Of a stretch of DNA of 64,000 nt, positions 15,392 to 31,547 are shown in pieces. The DNA comes from the human T2T-CHM13v2.0 reference genome, Homo sapiens. The notes below the pieces were generated by a model. It did not search any database, had not been told where the DNA came from, and saw only the letters and a program-made list of their open reading frames with translations. The position numbers and the translations under genes were made by a program. Each line of letters opens with the position of its first letter. Position 1 is the first letter of the stretch. The stretch is from assembly GCA_009914755.4 (NCBI GenBank), contig CP086569.2, positions 13,280,001-13,344,000 on the forward strand. The letters run 5' to 3'.

Positions 15392-15777
15392 AGGGTTTCC
15401 CTTTCCTGATTTGTGAAATAAGACTGTCCCAGTAGGCACCCACTGATGCCTCTTCTTCCTCTTCTAAATCTCAGGGTTCGTCATTGTGCCAATGCCGGAT
15501 GTTTTCACCCCTCCGTCTTAAAGCATTGTTGCAATTTCATCACCTAGATGACATAACAGCCTTACAAAAGGACAGGGAGGAGTGTCTGTTCCTACTCTCA
15601 CATAGCAGAGGAAAGTTAGAGCCTCTCAGTCTCTGTTTATGAGGACTCATTGATCTCAAAGAATTGATGCGTTTTTCATACATTAGGGTCTCTGTCCATG
15701 TGTCTTCCTGATATTGTTATAGAAATGGCTTCAGGCTGCTGGTAACAGATGCTGGGGGAAACAAATGCCTTAAACAA

Positions 15778-16073
15778 AGCCAGGCACGGTGACTTACACC
15801 TGTAATCCCAGCACTTTGGGAGGCCAAGGTGGGAGGACCACTTGAACCTAGGAGTTAGACACCTACCCAGCCTGAGCAACACAGTGAGATCTCATCTCTA
15901 CAAAAAAACAAATAATTAGCTAGATGTCGTGGTGCACAGCTGTAGTCTCAGCTACTTAGGAGGCCGAAGTGGGAGGATTATTTGAGCCTGGGAGGTTGAA
16001 ACTGCAGTGAACTATGATTGCACTACTGCACTCCAGGCTGGGGGGCAGAGTAAGACCCTGCCTTAAAAAAAAA
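15778..16073 (+). mobile_element. Alu SINE, sense
   Basis: agccaggcacggtgacttacacctgtaatcccagcactttgggaggccaaggtggg... Confidence 0.9.
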
Positions 16074-16813
16074 TTACTTAAAGAATTAAGAACAAGAGAA
16101 GGGTGTGTTCTCTTCCAAGTAGTGAACCAATCAAGGGTAAACAACCCAAGGCTAGCAGGCTCTTTTCAATTCCCAGCTCTGCCACTCTTAGCATGGCAGA
16201 GAGTTGGCCTCATTATGTCAGCATGGCTGCCACAGTGCCAGACACTCCAGGCAGCAGGAAGGAGAAAGAACCAAAGGGCATCCCTTTCTCTTGAAGCAGT
16301 CCCTACGACGGGGGATTATCTGAAAGCCCCAACCCAATTTCTGCTTGCAACCATTATCCATAGAAACAACTGGAGGTTGAGAAGTGCAGTCTTTTAGGTG
16401 GGGACCTGGCTGCCCTGTATGAAACCAGAATTAGGTTGGTTAGCAGGAAAAGAAAATGCTTACTGAGTTGACTGAGGTTTTTGATGCATTGCTTTATTGT
16501 CATATTAAATGACTTTATCTCACTCTGCAGTGAAACACGTACTATCATTGCCTATAATTGGCAAATGATCCTCAGATGCACAGAAGATGCCCAGATGGAA
16601 AGTTTGCCCCTTGGGCAAAGAGACAGTGTTGGGAACCTTCAGACATGCAGAGAGAAGGCAGCTTTTCTTCCTACATTCCTCGAATAGCTAAGATTTGACC
16701 AATATGTTTTCTAAGTCAATTCTCGTGTGTTTCATCCTCACCTCTTACCCTGTGTCACTTTGATGATGGAAGTATAGTCCGAACCTACTGCACAGCTGGG
16801 ACCCCCTGCCCCC

Positions 16814-16957
16814 ACATCCCAGCTAATTTTTGTATTTTTCGTAGAGATAGGGTCTCACTACGTTGCCCAGGCTGGCCTTAAACTCCTGGCTTCAAGCAGT
16901 CCTCCCACTTGGCCTCCTAAAGTGCTGGGATTACAGGTTTGAGCCACTGTGCCTTGC
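16814..16957 (-). mobile_element. Partial Alu (left monomer), antisense
   Basis: cccagctaatttttgtatttttcgtagagatagggtctcactacgttgcccaggctggccttaaactcctgg... Confidence 0.8.
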
Positions 16958-17159
16958 AATTTTTAAAACTTTTAACTTTTATGGATACATCAGAGTTGCA
17001 CATATCTATGGGATTGGTGTGATATTTTTGATACAAACATACAATATGTAGTCATCAAATCTGGGTAACTGGGCTATCCATTACCTCAAATATTTATCAT
17101 TTCTTTGTGTTGGGAACATTTCTAAATATACTCCTCTAGTTGTTTTGAAATATACAATT

Positions 17160-17458
<299 letters not shown>

Positions 17459-17480
17459 ATTGTTAAAAAAGCAAATGTTT

Positions 17481-17793
17481 GGCCAGCCACAGTGGCTCAG
17501 GCCTGTAATCCCAGCACTTTGGGAGGCCAAAGCGGGTGGATTGCTTGAGGCCAGGAGTTCAAGACCAGCCTAGCCAACATGGTGAAACCCCATCTCTACT
17601 AAAAATACAAAAATTACCTGGGTGTGGTGGTGCGCACCTGTAATCCCAGCTACTTGGGAGGCAGAGACAGGAGACTCGCTTGAACTGGGAGGCGGAGGTT
17701 GCAGTGAGCCAAGATCGTGCCACTTCCGCCTGGGCGACAATAAAGAGACTTCGTCTCAAAAAAAGACAAAAACAAAAACAAACAGTCAAATGT
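17481..17793 (+). mobile_element. Alu SINE, sense
   Basis: ggccagccacagtggctcaggcctgtaatcccagcactttgggaggccaaagcgggtgg... Confidence 0.9.
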
Positions 17794-18245
17794 CTTAAAG
17801 GGAAGAAAGCCTTGAGGTTAAAGGTCATCTCCAGGTTGAATACCTCACCCTCTGTCCTTGGCCTCCACGTCACCCCATCCCATTATTTGGGCAAATATTA
17901 CCTTCATGCTATCCATTAACATAAAAAAAAAAGAAACATCACACTCCCCCAGGCCATCGTGAAAACCTGGAATACAAGAATGACATGTTTTCTTCTTTGT
18001 TTTCAGAAACCACAGCACATTCCCCACCCGGAGAACATGCTCAAAAGAAAAAAAAGAAGATTCAGAAGTGTTCATCTTCTTTTTTACTTTTTTTTTAAAT
18101 TTAAAAATCTCAACTTTCCTCCACACCTGTTAAGACCTATGACATGAACAGATATGCTTTAAAGGTAGAGGTTCTGGCTGGCTTATAAGCACCCAGGATT
18201 TCTGCAGAAAACCTCACTGGGGCTTTAAAAAAATACATTCTTTAA

Positions 18246-18647
<402 letters not shown>

Positions 18648-20345
18648 TAATGCTTTATTATAATTCTGATGAATGCGTAAATTAAACATTAAAGAACTGG
18701 AGAAAGTGGTGCTGGGGAAGGAGGGCCAAAATGCCAAAACAAACCTATGAAGGCCCTGCGTGAGTTTCCTCAGACCCTAAAGTCGGATCAAATAATAAAA
18801 GCATTCTTACACATACACCTCATACCAGGGCTTACAGAGGATTAAGAAACTTTCCAAGGGTCTAGAGAAAGCTTCGTAGACCCCAGACCCTAGTTAAAGA
18901 TTATATAGGGACTGAATGAAATACTCCCGCTTGTAGGTGCAATCCTACACGTAGGCATAGAGCTTAAAAATGCATAGAAACCCTGGAAAAAACTTGTCAC
19001 TTTGAGTTGACCTCGTGAGTTAATCTGACCTTCTCCCTGTAACCCGTTGGAGAAATAAATTCCCTTCTCCCCAATCTGTCTGCACCTCATTATTGAACCC
19101 CAAGAACAAGCAGTCAGCCCTCGTTCGTTCGTCCAGCAGCAAAACCTTTGTTAAAGAAAAAAACTATTCAGTGATATTAGGTTGGTAATTGCAGTTATTA
19201 CTTCTGCACAAACCTCAAACTTGTGAAAGCGTCACCAAAAAGATAATGAAGACATTATCCAGGCTTATCGTATGAAGTACAGGGACCACTGCAATGGCGG
19301 TTCACAGTGCAGGAGAGAGGCTGGGCTCAACTTCCAATATGAATACAGCAAGGGCAAGTGGGAATGTATAGCCACGGGGGCAGGCAGTGGGTGTATAGAT
19401 GGCAAAGCACTAAAAGGAAACATCAGAGGTGAAGCGGGTCCTGGCTAAACCAACCTGGCTTGTTAAAGCCAGCCAAGGGGGTTAAACATCAACCAGGGGT
19501 GGTGGACGATGAGGAACCTGATATCAAGAATGGTGGCTTCTTGCCAAACTGACTTAGCAGGTACTTTGCTGAAATCTAATTTTATAAGGAAACGCACAAC
19601 CGGGCCTGGGAGGGGCTTCAGGAGCCTGGCTACGGTTTGGCCAGGCAGAGACTTTTTGTCACATCTCCTTCTCACCTAAAGGTGTCTGCGGTGAATTCTT
19701 GCATCTTTCCTTTTCATGCATTTCCCCAGTCATGTGTTGCAAACCTAACCCTGAAAATACCAAGTATGCAGCCGGTCTGTGAGCTGAGGGAATATTCGGA
19801 GAAACCTGCAGAGAAGCAGCGTTGTCTGCAGATTTAAAGAGGAAGGAAGCAGGACTCGGATAAGGAGGGGGCCAGCCAGAGGAGTGGAGGAGAGCTGACT
19901 TACAGCTGCCTTGCAGAGGGCCTACCTTTATCTTGGGGGATGCCTGCAAGTCTGGTCTTTGACTCTTGTTCAAGATAAGAGCTGGGATTTATGATGCATT
20001 AGTTAAAGTTCAAACCTCCCTGCTGACCTGAGTCCGTTTCTTTACTTAAGGTTTGCACATTTGCAAGTGGCCTAACCAGTTAGACAGCCTGGATGCACTG
20101 AATGACCGGAGTGGCAACCGCCTCCCCTACCTCCTCAATGTCTGGTTTGAGGCCCCATGAAACCAAGATTCCTCTCGCCGTCCTTGGTGTGCCAACCATG
20201 AGACAGAACAAAGGAGACCCTGGGAAGCTCGTGCCCGGGATGTCCCTGAAGCTCCAACACTGGCTGCATGCTCTTTTCTCTCCTCGCACGTTCTCACAAT
20301 CTTACACGAAAGAGCATGCTGTGTGCGGGCTGGGAAGTCCACTCA

Positions 20346-20741
<396 letters not shown>

Positions 20742-20903
20742 TCAAAGTGGATCAGAGACCCAAATGTAAGTGCAAACTCTATAACACATGCAGAAGAAAA
20801 CAGAGGAGAAAGTCTTTTTCGCTGTGGGTTAGGAAAACTTTTTAGATAAGACACCAAAAGCCTGACCCATTTAAAAAAAAACTTGATTGAGTTTACCAAA
20901 TTC

Positions 20904-21489
<586 letters not shown>

Positions 21490-21492
21490 TAA

Positions 21493-21804
<312 letters not shown>

Positions 21805-22391
21805 TGGGGTCCCTTTTATAAGAACACTTATCCCATTTATGAGTCTAGACCTCTAATTGTTTCCTAAAAGCACCATCTCCTAAAACTATTGTCTTGGGGA
21901 TTAAGTTTCAACACATGAATGTTCAAGGCACGCAATGTTCAAGGCAAGCATTGAGACCATAGCAACAGCCAAATCCACAACACTGCCAAAGAATGCCCAA
22001 ACAGCTGCCATTGTCTTCTACGAGGCTCTACACAACCTCCTAAAAGGCAGAATGCCTGGACTGGCCTCTGCCAGCCATCAACAAGATTCCCGCTTTCCAG
22101 GCTCTCTGCCGACTCTATCCTATGAATTCTGGATGGCCTTTGACCCTTCACTTCATCCCCAATGGACTCCCCTGAGAGAAGAAATCCATTTGAATGCAAG
22201 ATCACTGACCAGTGTACAAAATGACAAGGTGTCTCAGTGTTCTTGTAGAGAGGCCAAGTCACCAAGTCACATGACCTGAACTGGGGTAGAAGGCAGTAAT
22301 GAAGGAAGGAAGGAGAAGTTCAAAATAGCTCATGAGCTGGAAGAGCTCTACTGAAGCTATTTCAATCTTGCTGTCAGAGGCTTTTGCATGA

Positions 22392-23004
22392 GAGTGACTC
22401 CATCTTGAATAGAGCCTGGGTAAAATGAGGCTGAGACCTGCTGAGCTGCATTCCCAAGAGGTGTGGCATTCTAAGTCACAGGATGAGATAGGAGGTCAGC
22501 TCGAGACACAGGTCATAAAGACCTTACTGATAAAACAGCTTGCATGAAAGAACCTGGCCAGAACCCACCAAAACCAAGAGGTGACAAATGTGACCTCTGG
22601 CCGTCCTCACAGCTCATTATATGCTAATTATAAAGCACAGAATACTAAGAGACACTCCCACCAGGGCCATGACAGTTTACAAATGTCATGGCAATGTCAG
22701 GAGATTACCCTATATGGTCTAAAAGGGGAGGAACCCTCAGTTCTGGGAATTGCGCACCCCTTTCCCAGAAAACTCAAGAATAATCCAACCCCTGTTTAGC
22801 ATCTAATCAAGAAATAACCATTAAAAAAGGCAACCAACAGCCCATGCTGCTGCTCTGTCTATGGAGTGGCCATGCTTTTATTCCTCTACTTTCTTGGTAA
22901 ACTTGCTTTCACTTTAATCTATGGATTCACCCCAAATTCTTTCTTGCCACAAGATCCAAGAACCCTCTCTTAGGATCTAGATAGGGACCCGTTTCCGGTA
23001 ACAC
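22392..23004 (+). mobile_element. ERV-type LTR, copy 1 (family not assigned)
   Basis: gactccatcttgaatagagcctgggtaaaatgaggctgagacctgctg...tttacaaatgtcatggcaatgtcaggagattaccctatatggtctaaaag...ttcttggtaaacttgctttcactttaatct...ccggtaacac. Confidence 0.6.
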
Positions 23005-23431
23005 TGCTATTTTAATTTTTCACCCCTAGGTTTTGTCCCATCAGGGTACATCCTTTGGGTTATAAAATCCTTACAAGGAGAAATTCCTGTAAAGTCATTT
23101 TCCTGCAGAGCCAGGAGTTAGGGCACTGTGAGAAGTGCAGCAGGCCCTGGAGAGCATTCATGGGAGAAGGGAAACAGCAAATGGTGCAGGAGGAGAAGGG
23201 GAGGACAGGGAGGAAAGGAAGATCCACCAATGCGCCTGATTGGTGAGAACAAGATTTGGGGGTGCTTCTCCCATGGGGAAGACTTCTTGGTTTTAGCTTT
23301 CAAGAGTTCCTCATTGGAATCGGACAAGATGCTGCTGATAAAAAGAGTAAAACTCTAAAATAGTTGAAGAGATTTATTCTGAGCCAAATGTGAGTGAGCA
23401 TGGCCTGTGACACTATCAGAGGCACTGGAAG

Positions 23432-23953
23432 CAGAGCCACTCCATCTTGAATAGGGGCTGGGTAACATGAGGCTGAGACCTGCTGGGCTGCATTCCCAGG
23501 AGGTGTGTGAGGCATTCATAGTCACAGGATGAGACAGGAGGTCCACACAAAGCCCTCGGTGATAAAACAGGTTGCAGTACAGAAACCGGCCAGATCCCAC
23601 CCAAACCAAGATGGTGACAAGAGTGACCTCTGGTGGTCTTCACTGCTACACTCCCACCAGCGCTGTGACAGTTTACAAATGCCATGGGAATGTCAGGAAG
23701 TCTCCCTATATGGTCTAAAAAGGGAAAGAATGAATAATCCACCCCTTGTTTAGCATATCATCAAGAAATAACCATAAAAATGGGAAACCAGGAGCCCTCG
23801 GCGCTGCTCTACGGAAGAGCCATTCATGTATTCCTTTTCTTTCTTAATAAACTTGCTTTCACTTTACTCTATGAACTCACTCAGAATTCCTTCCTGCACG
23901 AACTCCAAAAACCCTCTCTTGGGGTCTGGACCTGGACTCCTTTCCAGTAACAC
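23432..23953 (+). mobile_element. ERV-type LTR, copy 2 (same family, direct orientation, ~85% similar to copy 1)
   Basis: ccactccatcttgaataggggctgggtaacatgaggctgagacctgctg...tttacaaatgccatgggaatgtcaggaagtctccctatatggtctaaaaag...aataaacttgctttcactttactct...ccagtaacac. Confidence 0.6.
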
Positions 23954-24573
23954 AGCTATTAACATTAAAGTGTTAATTGATTGCAAATGCCAGGGAAAAG
24001 AGATGAAACAGTGAAGTATGAAGTATGACCCTCCAGGAGCCTCCACCAGAAAAGGAAGAAAGCCTCAGATGGGCATTTGTACAATCCCTAAACACACTGC
24101 ACATGCTCACTTTCCAAGGGTAAGAAGGGCACTGCTTATGTGGGCAGCCCACCCCAAGGGAAGAATCATGGGTAAGAAAGAGGCCAGCATGTAAACTCCC
24201 AGGATCAAGGTTAAACTCCCTCGCTCTCGCTCTCTTTGACCTTCAGGCATGCACTTGCGTCTCTTCCAGGAGTACCTTCCTTTCTTTCTGTTCTAAGGCT
24301 TTTTAAAATAAACTTCCACTACTGCTCTGAAACTTGCCTTGGTCTCTTTTTCTGCCTTACGTCCTCAGTCAAATTCTTTCTTCCAAGGAGGCAAGTATTG
24401 AAATCGCTGCAGACCCCTACAGATTCGCCACTGGTAACTCAGGGTAACTCGGATCTCCCCACTGCTATCAGACACAGAGTTTCAGTTTTGCAAGATGAAA
24501 AAGTTTTGGAGACCCATGCACAGCAATGTGATTAGACTTAACTCTACTGAACTCTTAACTCTGCTCCCCACCT

Positions 24574-24720
24574 TTTCTTTTTTTAATTTTTGTATTTTTT
24601 TGTAGAGACGAGGTTTCGGCATGTTGCACAGGCTCATCTCCATATCCTGAGCTCAAGAGATCCATTCACCATGGCCTCCCAAAGTGCTGAGATTACAGGC
24701 ATGAGCCACCACAGCTGGCC
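24574..24720 (-). mobile_element. Partial Alu (left monomer), antisense
   Basis: tttgtagagacgaggtttcggcatgttgcacaggctcatctccatatcctgagctcaag...gcatgagccaccacagctggcc. Confidence 0.8.
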
Positions 24721-24936
24721 TGAAATGTACTCTTGAAAATGGTTAAGATGGTAAATTTAATGTTTTGTGTTTTGCAAACTGTGTCATCCCAGTTTATGTT
24801 GCTTCAACTCTTGCCTCCTTTTCCTATATGTTTCTCTTCTGTTTTGTTCTCTCCTCCTTTTTTGTTACCCCCACTTTCCTCTGAACCTTGACATATTGCA
24901 AAGCCTTGCAAAATAAACAGTCCTGAGAGTTGCTGA

Positions 24937-25372
<436 letters not shown>

Positions 25373-25600
25373 ATTTGGGTGAGTCCTCAAAAACTTGTAC
25401 CCCTCTCTTCTCCTCATCTTACAAAACTCAGATCCTGCTGTGCCACAGTGAATCAATTATCTGTGCACAGGGGCTGTCGGGTGAGGATCTGCTGAATAAA
25501 AGCCCTTAGCTCTATTCAAGTCACTTCTTTTCCTTCACCATGTGTTCAAGCAGAATTAATGAAGAGGTGTCCACCATGTTTACTAATATTTCTAAGTCTT

Positions 25601-25945
25601 TTACTTTTTGAGACAGGGTCTTGCTCTGTTGCTCAGGCTGGACAGTACGTGGTGCGATCATGGCTTGCTGCAGCCTTAACTTCCCGGGCTCAAGCGATCC
25701 TCCCACCTCAGCCTCCCAGGTAGCTGGGACTACAGGCATGCACCACCATGCCTGGCTATATTTATGTATTTTTATAGAGCTGGGGTCTTGCTATGTTGCC
25801 TAGGGTGTTCTCAAACTCCTAGGCACAAGTGATCCTCCCACCTCAGCCACCCGATTAGCTGGGACTACAGGCACATACCACCACACCCAGCTAATTATTT
25901 TTGTTGTTGTTGTAGAGACAGGGTCTTGCTATGTTGCGTAGGCTG
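25601..25945 (-). mobile_element. Alu, antisense, with an internal partial duplication of the left monomer (~1.3 Alu lengths)
   Basis: gagacagggtcttgctctgttgctcaggctggacag... followed twice by ...agctggggtcttgctatgttgcctagg / gagacagggtcttgctatgttgcgtaggctggc. Confidence 0.8.
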
Positions 25946-26022
25946 GCTAAATTTGTAAACATTATCATACACAGTCATAAACATTTTTTATCTCAATGTT
26001 AATTTGTTAATTTTTTTCTTTT

Positions 26023-26118
26023 TTTTTTTGAGACATAGTCTCACTGTGTCACCCAAGCTGGAATGCAGTGGCGTGATCTTGGCTCACTGCAGCCTCCACC
26101 TCCCAGGCTCAAGCAATG
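26023..26118 (-). mobile_element. Partial Alu (right monomer only), antisense
   Basis: tttttttttgagacatagtctcactgtgtcacccaagctggaatgcagtggcgtgatcttggctcactgcagcctccacctcccaggctcaagcaatg. Confidence 0.8.
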
Positions 26119-26167
26119 TAATTTTTAAAACCCAAGTTATTGGCAGTGTCTCTACAGATCTCAATAA

Positions 26168-26466
26168 GGCCAGGAACGGTGGCTCACACCTGTAATCCCA
26201 GCACATTGGGAGGTAGATGTGGGCAGATCGCTTGAGTCCAGGAGTTCGAGACCAGCCTGGGCAACATGGCGAAATCTGTCTCTACTGAAAAAAAAAAAAA
26301 AAAAAAAATTACCTGTGCATGGTCGTGCAAGTCTGTCATCCCAGGTACTAGCGGGGCTGAGGCAAGAGGATGACTTGAGCCTGGGAGGTCAAGACTGCTG
26401 TGAGCCCTGACGGTGCCGCTGCACTCCAGCCTAAGCAACACGGTAAGACCCTGTCTCAAAAACAAG
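26168..26466 (+). mobile_element. Alu SINE, sense, with a long internal A run
   Basis: ggccaggaacggtggctcacacctgtaatcccagcacattgggaggtagatgtgggcag... Confidence 0.9.
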
Positions 26467-26670
26467 ATTTCAATCAGATGTTGACAATGAGAGCAGCAGC
26501 TTATGCTTTCATGCTTAATTGTTCCCACAGACTGTGCTAAGAGCTTTATGTTTATTGTCTCGTTTTATCCTCAGAAAATTCCCATGAGCAGGTGGTATTG
26601 TAATCCCTATTTTATAGATAAGGAGAGAAGATGTGGGGCTTAGCATTCATTTGTTACAAAGATGTTTTTA

Positions 26671-27190
<520 letters not shown>

Positions 27191-27240
27191 TTAAGAATCC
27201 ATCTAAAGAGAATTCCACTGGTAAATCTGGTACAATTTGA

Positions 27241-27410
27241 GCCAAACATGGTGGATCTTGCCTGTAGTCCCAGCCACCTGGGAGGCTGAGATGGCAGGAT
27301 CACTTGAACCGAGGAGGTTGAGGCTACAGTGAGCTATATGATCATGCCACTGCACTCCAGCCTGGGCAACAGAGTAAGACCCTGTGTTATTTAAGGAAAA
27401 AAAAAAAGGA
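27241..27410 (+). mobile_element. Partial Alu (right arm), sense
   Basis: gccaaacatggtggatcttgcctgtagtcccagccacctgggaggctgagatggcagg...gcaacagagtaagaccctgtg. Confidence 0.85.
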
Positions 27411-27838
27411 ACAGTTTAAACATTAAAAAAATAATAAATTGGACTGCTTTTTACATATTGAACAATCAAAACAGTAGTGATATTCAGGAGAAGGAGTGTG
27501 CTAGGGAGGGAAGAGAAACAGAAAAGCTCTTTTGTGCAGCTGAGTGTTAGGCCATAAATGCTGCAATAATGACAGACTCACAGAGCATCAGCATTTAGCA
27601 ACTATGCAATGGAATCCAGACAAGCATCCTCAAGGCATGCTAAAATCTCATGTAAAGTATATTCTTGCACAGTATATGTCACATACTAGGTATAGCTGGA
27701 TTTGCACGAATGTGCTTCCAACAGATATTGTCTGTGCCAATAAAAACTTCATTTTGTTTCTTAGGATGATGGATAGAGCAGGGATAGAAGACATCAAGTT
27801 TGTAAACCTATGCAACTCATTTGATCTATTAAAAAAAT

Positions 27839-28170
27839 GGGAGCCAGGCACAGTGGTTCATGCCTGTAATCCTCAGTACTTTGGGAAGCCAAAGCAGGAG
27901 GACTGCTTGAGGACAGGAGTTGGAGACCAGTCTGGTCCACATAGGGAGACTCCTATGAGAACATACCTCTAAAAAGTTTAAAAAATTAGCTGGGTGTGGT
28001 GGCACATGCCTGTAATCTCAGCTAATTGAGAGGCTGAGGTGGGAGGATCACTGAAGCCCTGGAGTTGGAGGCTGCAGGAAGCAGTGACTGGGCCACTGCA
28101 CTCCAGCCTGGAAGACAGCGTGAGACTCCATGTCAAAAAAATAGAAATAAAATAAAAAATAAAATTATTT
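27839..28170 (+). mobile_element. Alu SINE, sense
   Basis: gggagccaggcacagtggttcatgcctgtaatcctcagtactttgggaagccaaagcagg... Confidence 0.9.
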
Positions 28171-28177
28171 ATTTTAA

Positions 28178-28512
<335 letters not shown>

Positions 28513-28894
28513 CAAAGATACATAAATAAGTAATTTTTAAAACAGTACTGTACACTAAAGAGCAGAGGTCTATGAAACCAGAAAGAAAAAGTGCTCTGCT
28601 TTTCCTAATTCAATGGTGGTTGGAAAGAAACCCCTTTCTTACTCAAACTACAGTTCCACCCAAAAACGCTTTAACACTAGGATCTGTTTCACACTTCCAA
28701 GTATCAGCCAAAGGTTTCGGCAAGATTTGACCAAGTGGCTTTGAGGAACAAAAATACTATAACTTATTCCTATGGATCTATAGGCATCAATCCACCCTGC
28801 CAATTCAACAGATCTAGAAATCCTTTCCTTCCCACATCATTTCCACTTGCCACAAGATAATAATCTCATAATATTTATTTATTTATTTTTAAAT

Positions 28895-29010
28895 AATTTC
28901 AACTTTTATGTTAGGTCTAAGGGGTACACGTGCCGGTTTGTCACTGGGGTATATTCTATGGTAGTGAGGTATGGGGTATGCATGAACCCCCCACCCACGT
29001 ACTCAGCACT
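28895..29010 (-). mobile_element. L1 3'-end fragment, antisense
   Basis: tttatgttaggtctaaggggtacacgtgccggtttgtcactggggtatattctatgg...gtactcagcactgtacc resembles the antisense L1 3'UTR (tttaagttctagggtacatgtgc...). Confidence 0.6.
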
Positions 29011-29524
29011 GTACCTGTGAACCCTGAAAATCTGAGACAAGTCTCAGTTAGTTTAGAAAGTTTCTTTTGCCAAGGTTGAGGACACACACCCGCGACACGG
29101 CCTCGGGAGGTCCTGGCGACATGTGCCCAAGGTGGCCAGAGCACAGTTTGGTTTTATATATTCTAGAGAGACATGAGACGTCAATCAACATATACAAGTT
29201 GAACACTGGTTCAGTCTGGAAAGGCAGGACAAAAAAAGAAAAAAAGCAAAGGCGGGGAGACTCGAAGTGGGGAGGGGGGCTTCCGGGTCACAGATACATA
29301 AGAGAAAAATGGCTGCATTCTTTTGAGTTCCTGATGAGCCTTTCCAAATGAGGCAATCAGATATTCATCTATCTTAGTGAGCAGAGGGGGGACTTTGAAT
29401 AGAATGGGAGGCAGAAGCCCTAAGCAGTTCCCAGATGGACTTTTCCTTTAGTGATTTGGGGGCCCCCGAATTTATTTTCCTTTCAACACCCAACAGGTGG
29501 TTTTTCAACCCTAGCTGTCTTCCT

Positions 29525-29870
29525 TCCCTCCCCCTTCTAGGAGTGCCCAGTGTCTGACATCCCCATCTTCATGTCCATGTGTACCCACTGGTTAGCTCCA
29601 ACTTATGAGAACATGCTGTATTTGGTTTTCTCTTTCTTTATTAATTCACTTAACATAGTGGCCTCCAGCTGCATCCATGTTGCATTACTTCATTCCTTTT
29701 TATAGCTGTGAAGTATTCCTTGGTATAGATACACCACATTTTCTTTATCCAGTCCAATGCTGATGGGCGCCTGGGTTAATTCCTTGTCTTTGCTATTGTG
29801 AATAGTACTGCAGTGAACACACTAGTCCAGGTGTCTTTTTGGTAAAATGAATAATCTCATAACATTTCCA
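29525..29870 (-). mobile_element. L1 fragment (older subfamily), antisense 3' region
   Basis: cccactggttagctccaacttatgagaacatgctgtatttggttttc...gctgtgaagtattccttggtatagatacaccacattttctttatccagtccaatgctgatgggcgcctggg. Confidence 0.75.
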
Positions 29871-29917
29871 GATCAATGAAACATTTTTTAATTGCCTAAA
29901 CATTTTTATTTATAAAT

Positions 29918-31083
29918 TTTTTTTATTATACTTTAAGTTCTAGGGTACATGTGCACAATGTGCAGGTTTGATACATATATATACATGTACCATGTTGGTG
30001 TGCTGCACCCGTTTACTCATCATTTACATTAGGTATATCTCCTAAAGCTATCCCTCCCCCCTCTCCCCGCCCCACGACTGGCTCCAGTGTGTGATGTTCT
30101 CCACCCTGTGTCCAAGTGTTCTCATTGTTCAATTCCCACCTATGAGTGAGAACATGCAGTGTTTGGTTTTCTATCCCTGCAATAGTTTGCTCAGAGTCAT
30201 GGTTTCCAGCTTCATCCATGTCCCTACAAAAGACAAGAATTCATCCTTTTTTATGGCTGCATAGTACTCCATGGTGTATATGTGCCACATTTTCTTAATC
30301 TAGTCTATCATTGATGGACATTTGGGTTGGTTCCAAGTCTTTGCTATTGTGAATAGTGCAACAATAAACATACGTGTGCATGTGTCTTCATAGCAGCATG
30401 ATTTATAATCCTTTGGGTACACACCCAGTAATGGGATGGCTGGGTCAAATGGCATTTCTAGTTCTAGATCCTTCAGGAATCGCCACATTTTCTTCCACAA
30501 TGGTTGAACTAGTTTATAGTCCCACCAACAGTGTAAAAGTGTTCCTATTTCTCCACATCCTCTACAGCACCTGTTGTTTCCTGACTTTTTAATGATTGCC
30601 ATTCTAACTGGTGTGAGATGGTATCTCATTGTGGTTTTGATTTGCATTTCTCTAATGGCCAGTGATGACGAGCATTTTTTCATCTGTCTGTTGGATGCAT
30701 AAATGTCTTCTTTTGAGAAGTGTCTGTTCACATCCTTCGCCAACTTTTTCATGGGATTCTTTGATTTTTTCTTGTAAATTTGTTTAAGTTCTTTGTAGAT
30801 TCTGGATATTTGCCCTTTGTCAGATGGGTAGATTGTAAAAATTTTCTCCCATTCTGTAGGTTGCCTGTTCACTCTGACGGTAGTTTCCTTTGCTGTACAG
30901 AAGCTCTTTAGTTTAATTAGATCCCATTTGTCAGTTTTGGCTTTTGTTGCCATTGCTTTTGGTGTTTTAGACATGAAGTCCTTGCCCATGCCTATGTCCT
31001 GAATGGTACTTCCTAGGTTTTCTTCTCGAGTTGTTATGGTTTTAGGTCTAACATTTAAGTCTTTAATCTATCTTGAATTAATA
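29918..31083 (-). mobile_element. L1 3' part (C-terminal ORF2 region + 3'UTR), antisense
   Basis: tttaagttctagggtacatgtgcacaatgtgcaggtttg...cacctatgagtgagaacatgcagtgtttggttttc. The minus-strand ORF 30300-30989 reads ...[24 protein letters not shown], the L1 ORF2p C-terminus. Confidence 0.9.
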
Positions 31084-31092
31084 GATTCAAGG

Positions 31093-31147
31093 TGATAGAT
31101 ATACAGATAGATAGATACATAGGTGGAGACAGATAGATGATAAATAG

Positions 31148-31191
<44 letters not shown>

Positions 31192-31200
31192 AAGTATAAG
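31093..31200. repeat. GATA-type array ending in an uninterrupted (AGAT)10-11 run at 31149-31190
   Basis: gatagatacataggtggagacagatagatgataaatagaag(atag)10aaag. Confidence 0.95.
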
Positions 31201-31227
31201 TAAAGAGATGATGGGTAAAAGAATTCC

Positions 31228-31547
<320 letters not shown>

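Noticed and set aside
19230-19450. Coding-looking unique segment (...MKYRDHCNGGSQCRREAGLNFQYEYSKGKWECIATGAGSGCIDGKALKGNIRGEAGPG*)
   Set aside because: Shorter than 60 codons from its first Met, with no recognisable homology and no flanking splice consensus. It sits inside what looks like an LTR-derived region and is probably fortuitous.
30300-30989. 229-aa minus-strand ORF
   Set aside because: It is the C-terminal portion of L1 ORF2p (...[17 protein letters not shown]) within a truncated antisense L1 element, not a host gene.
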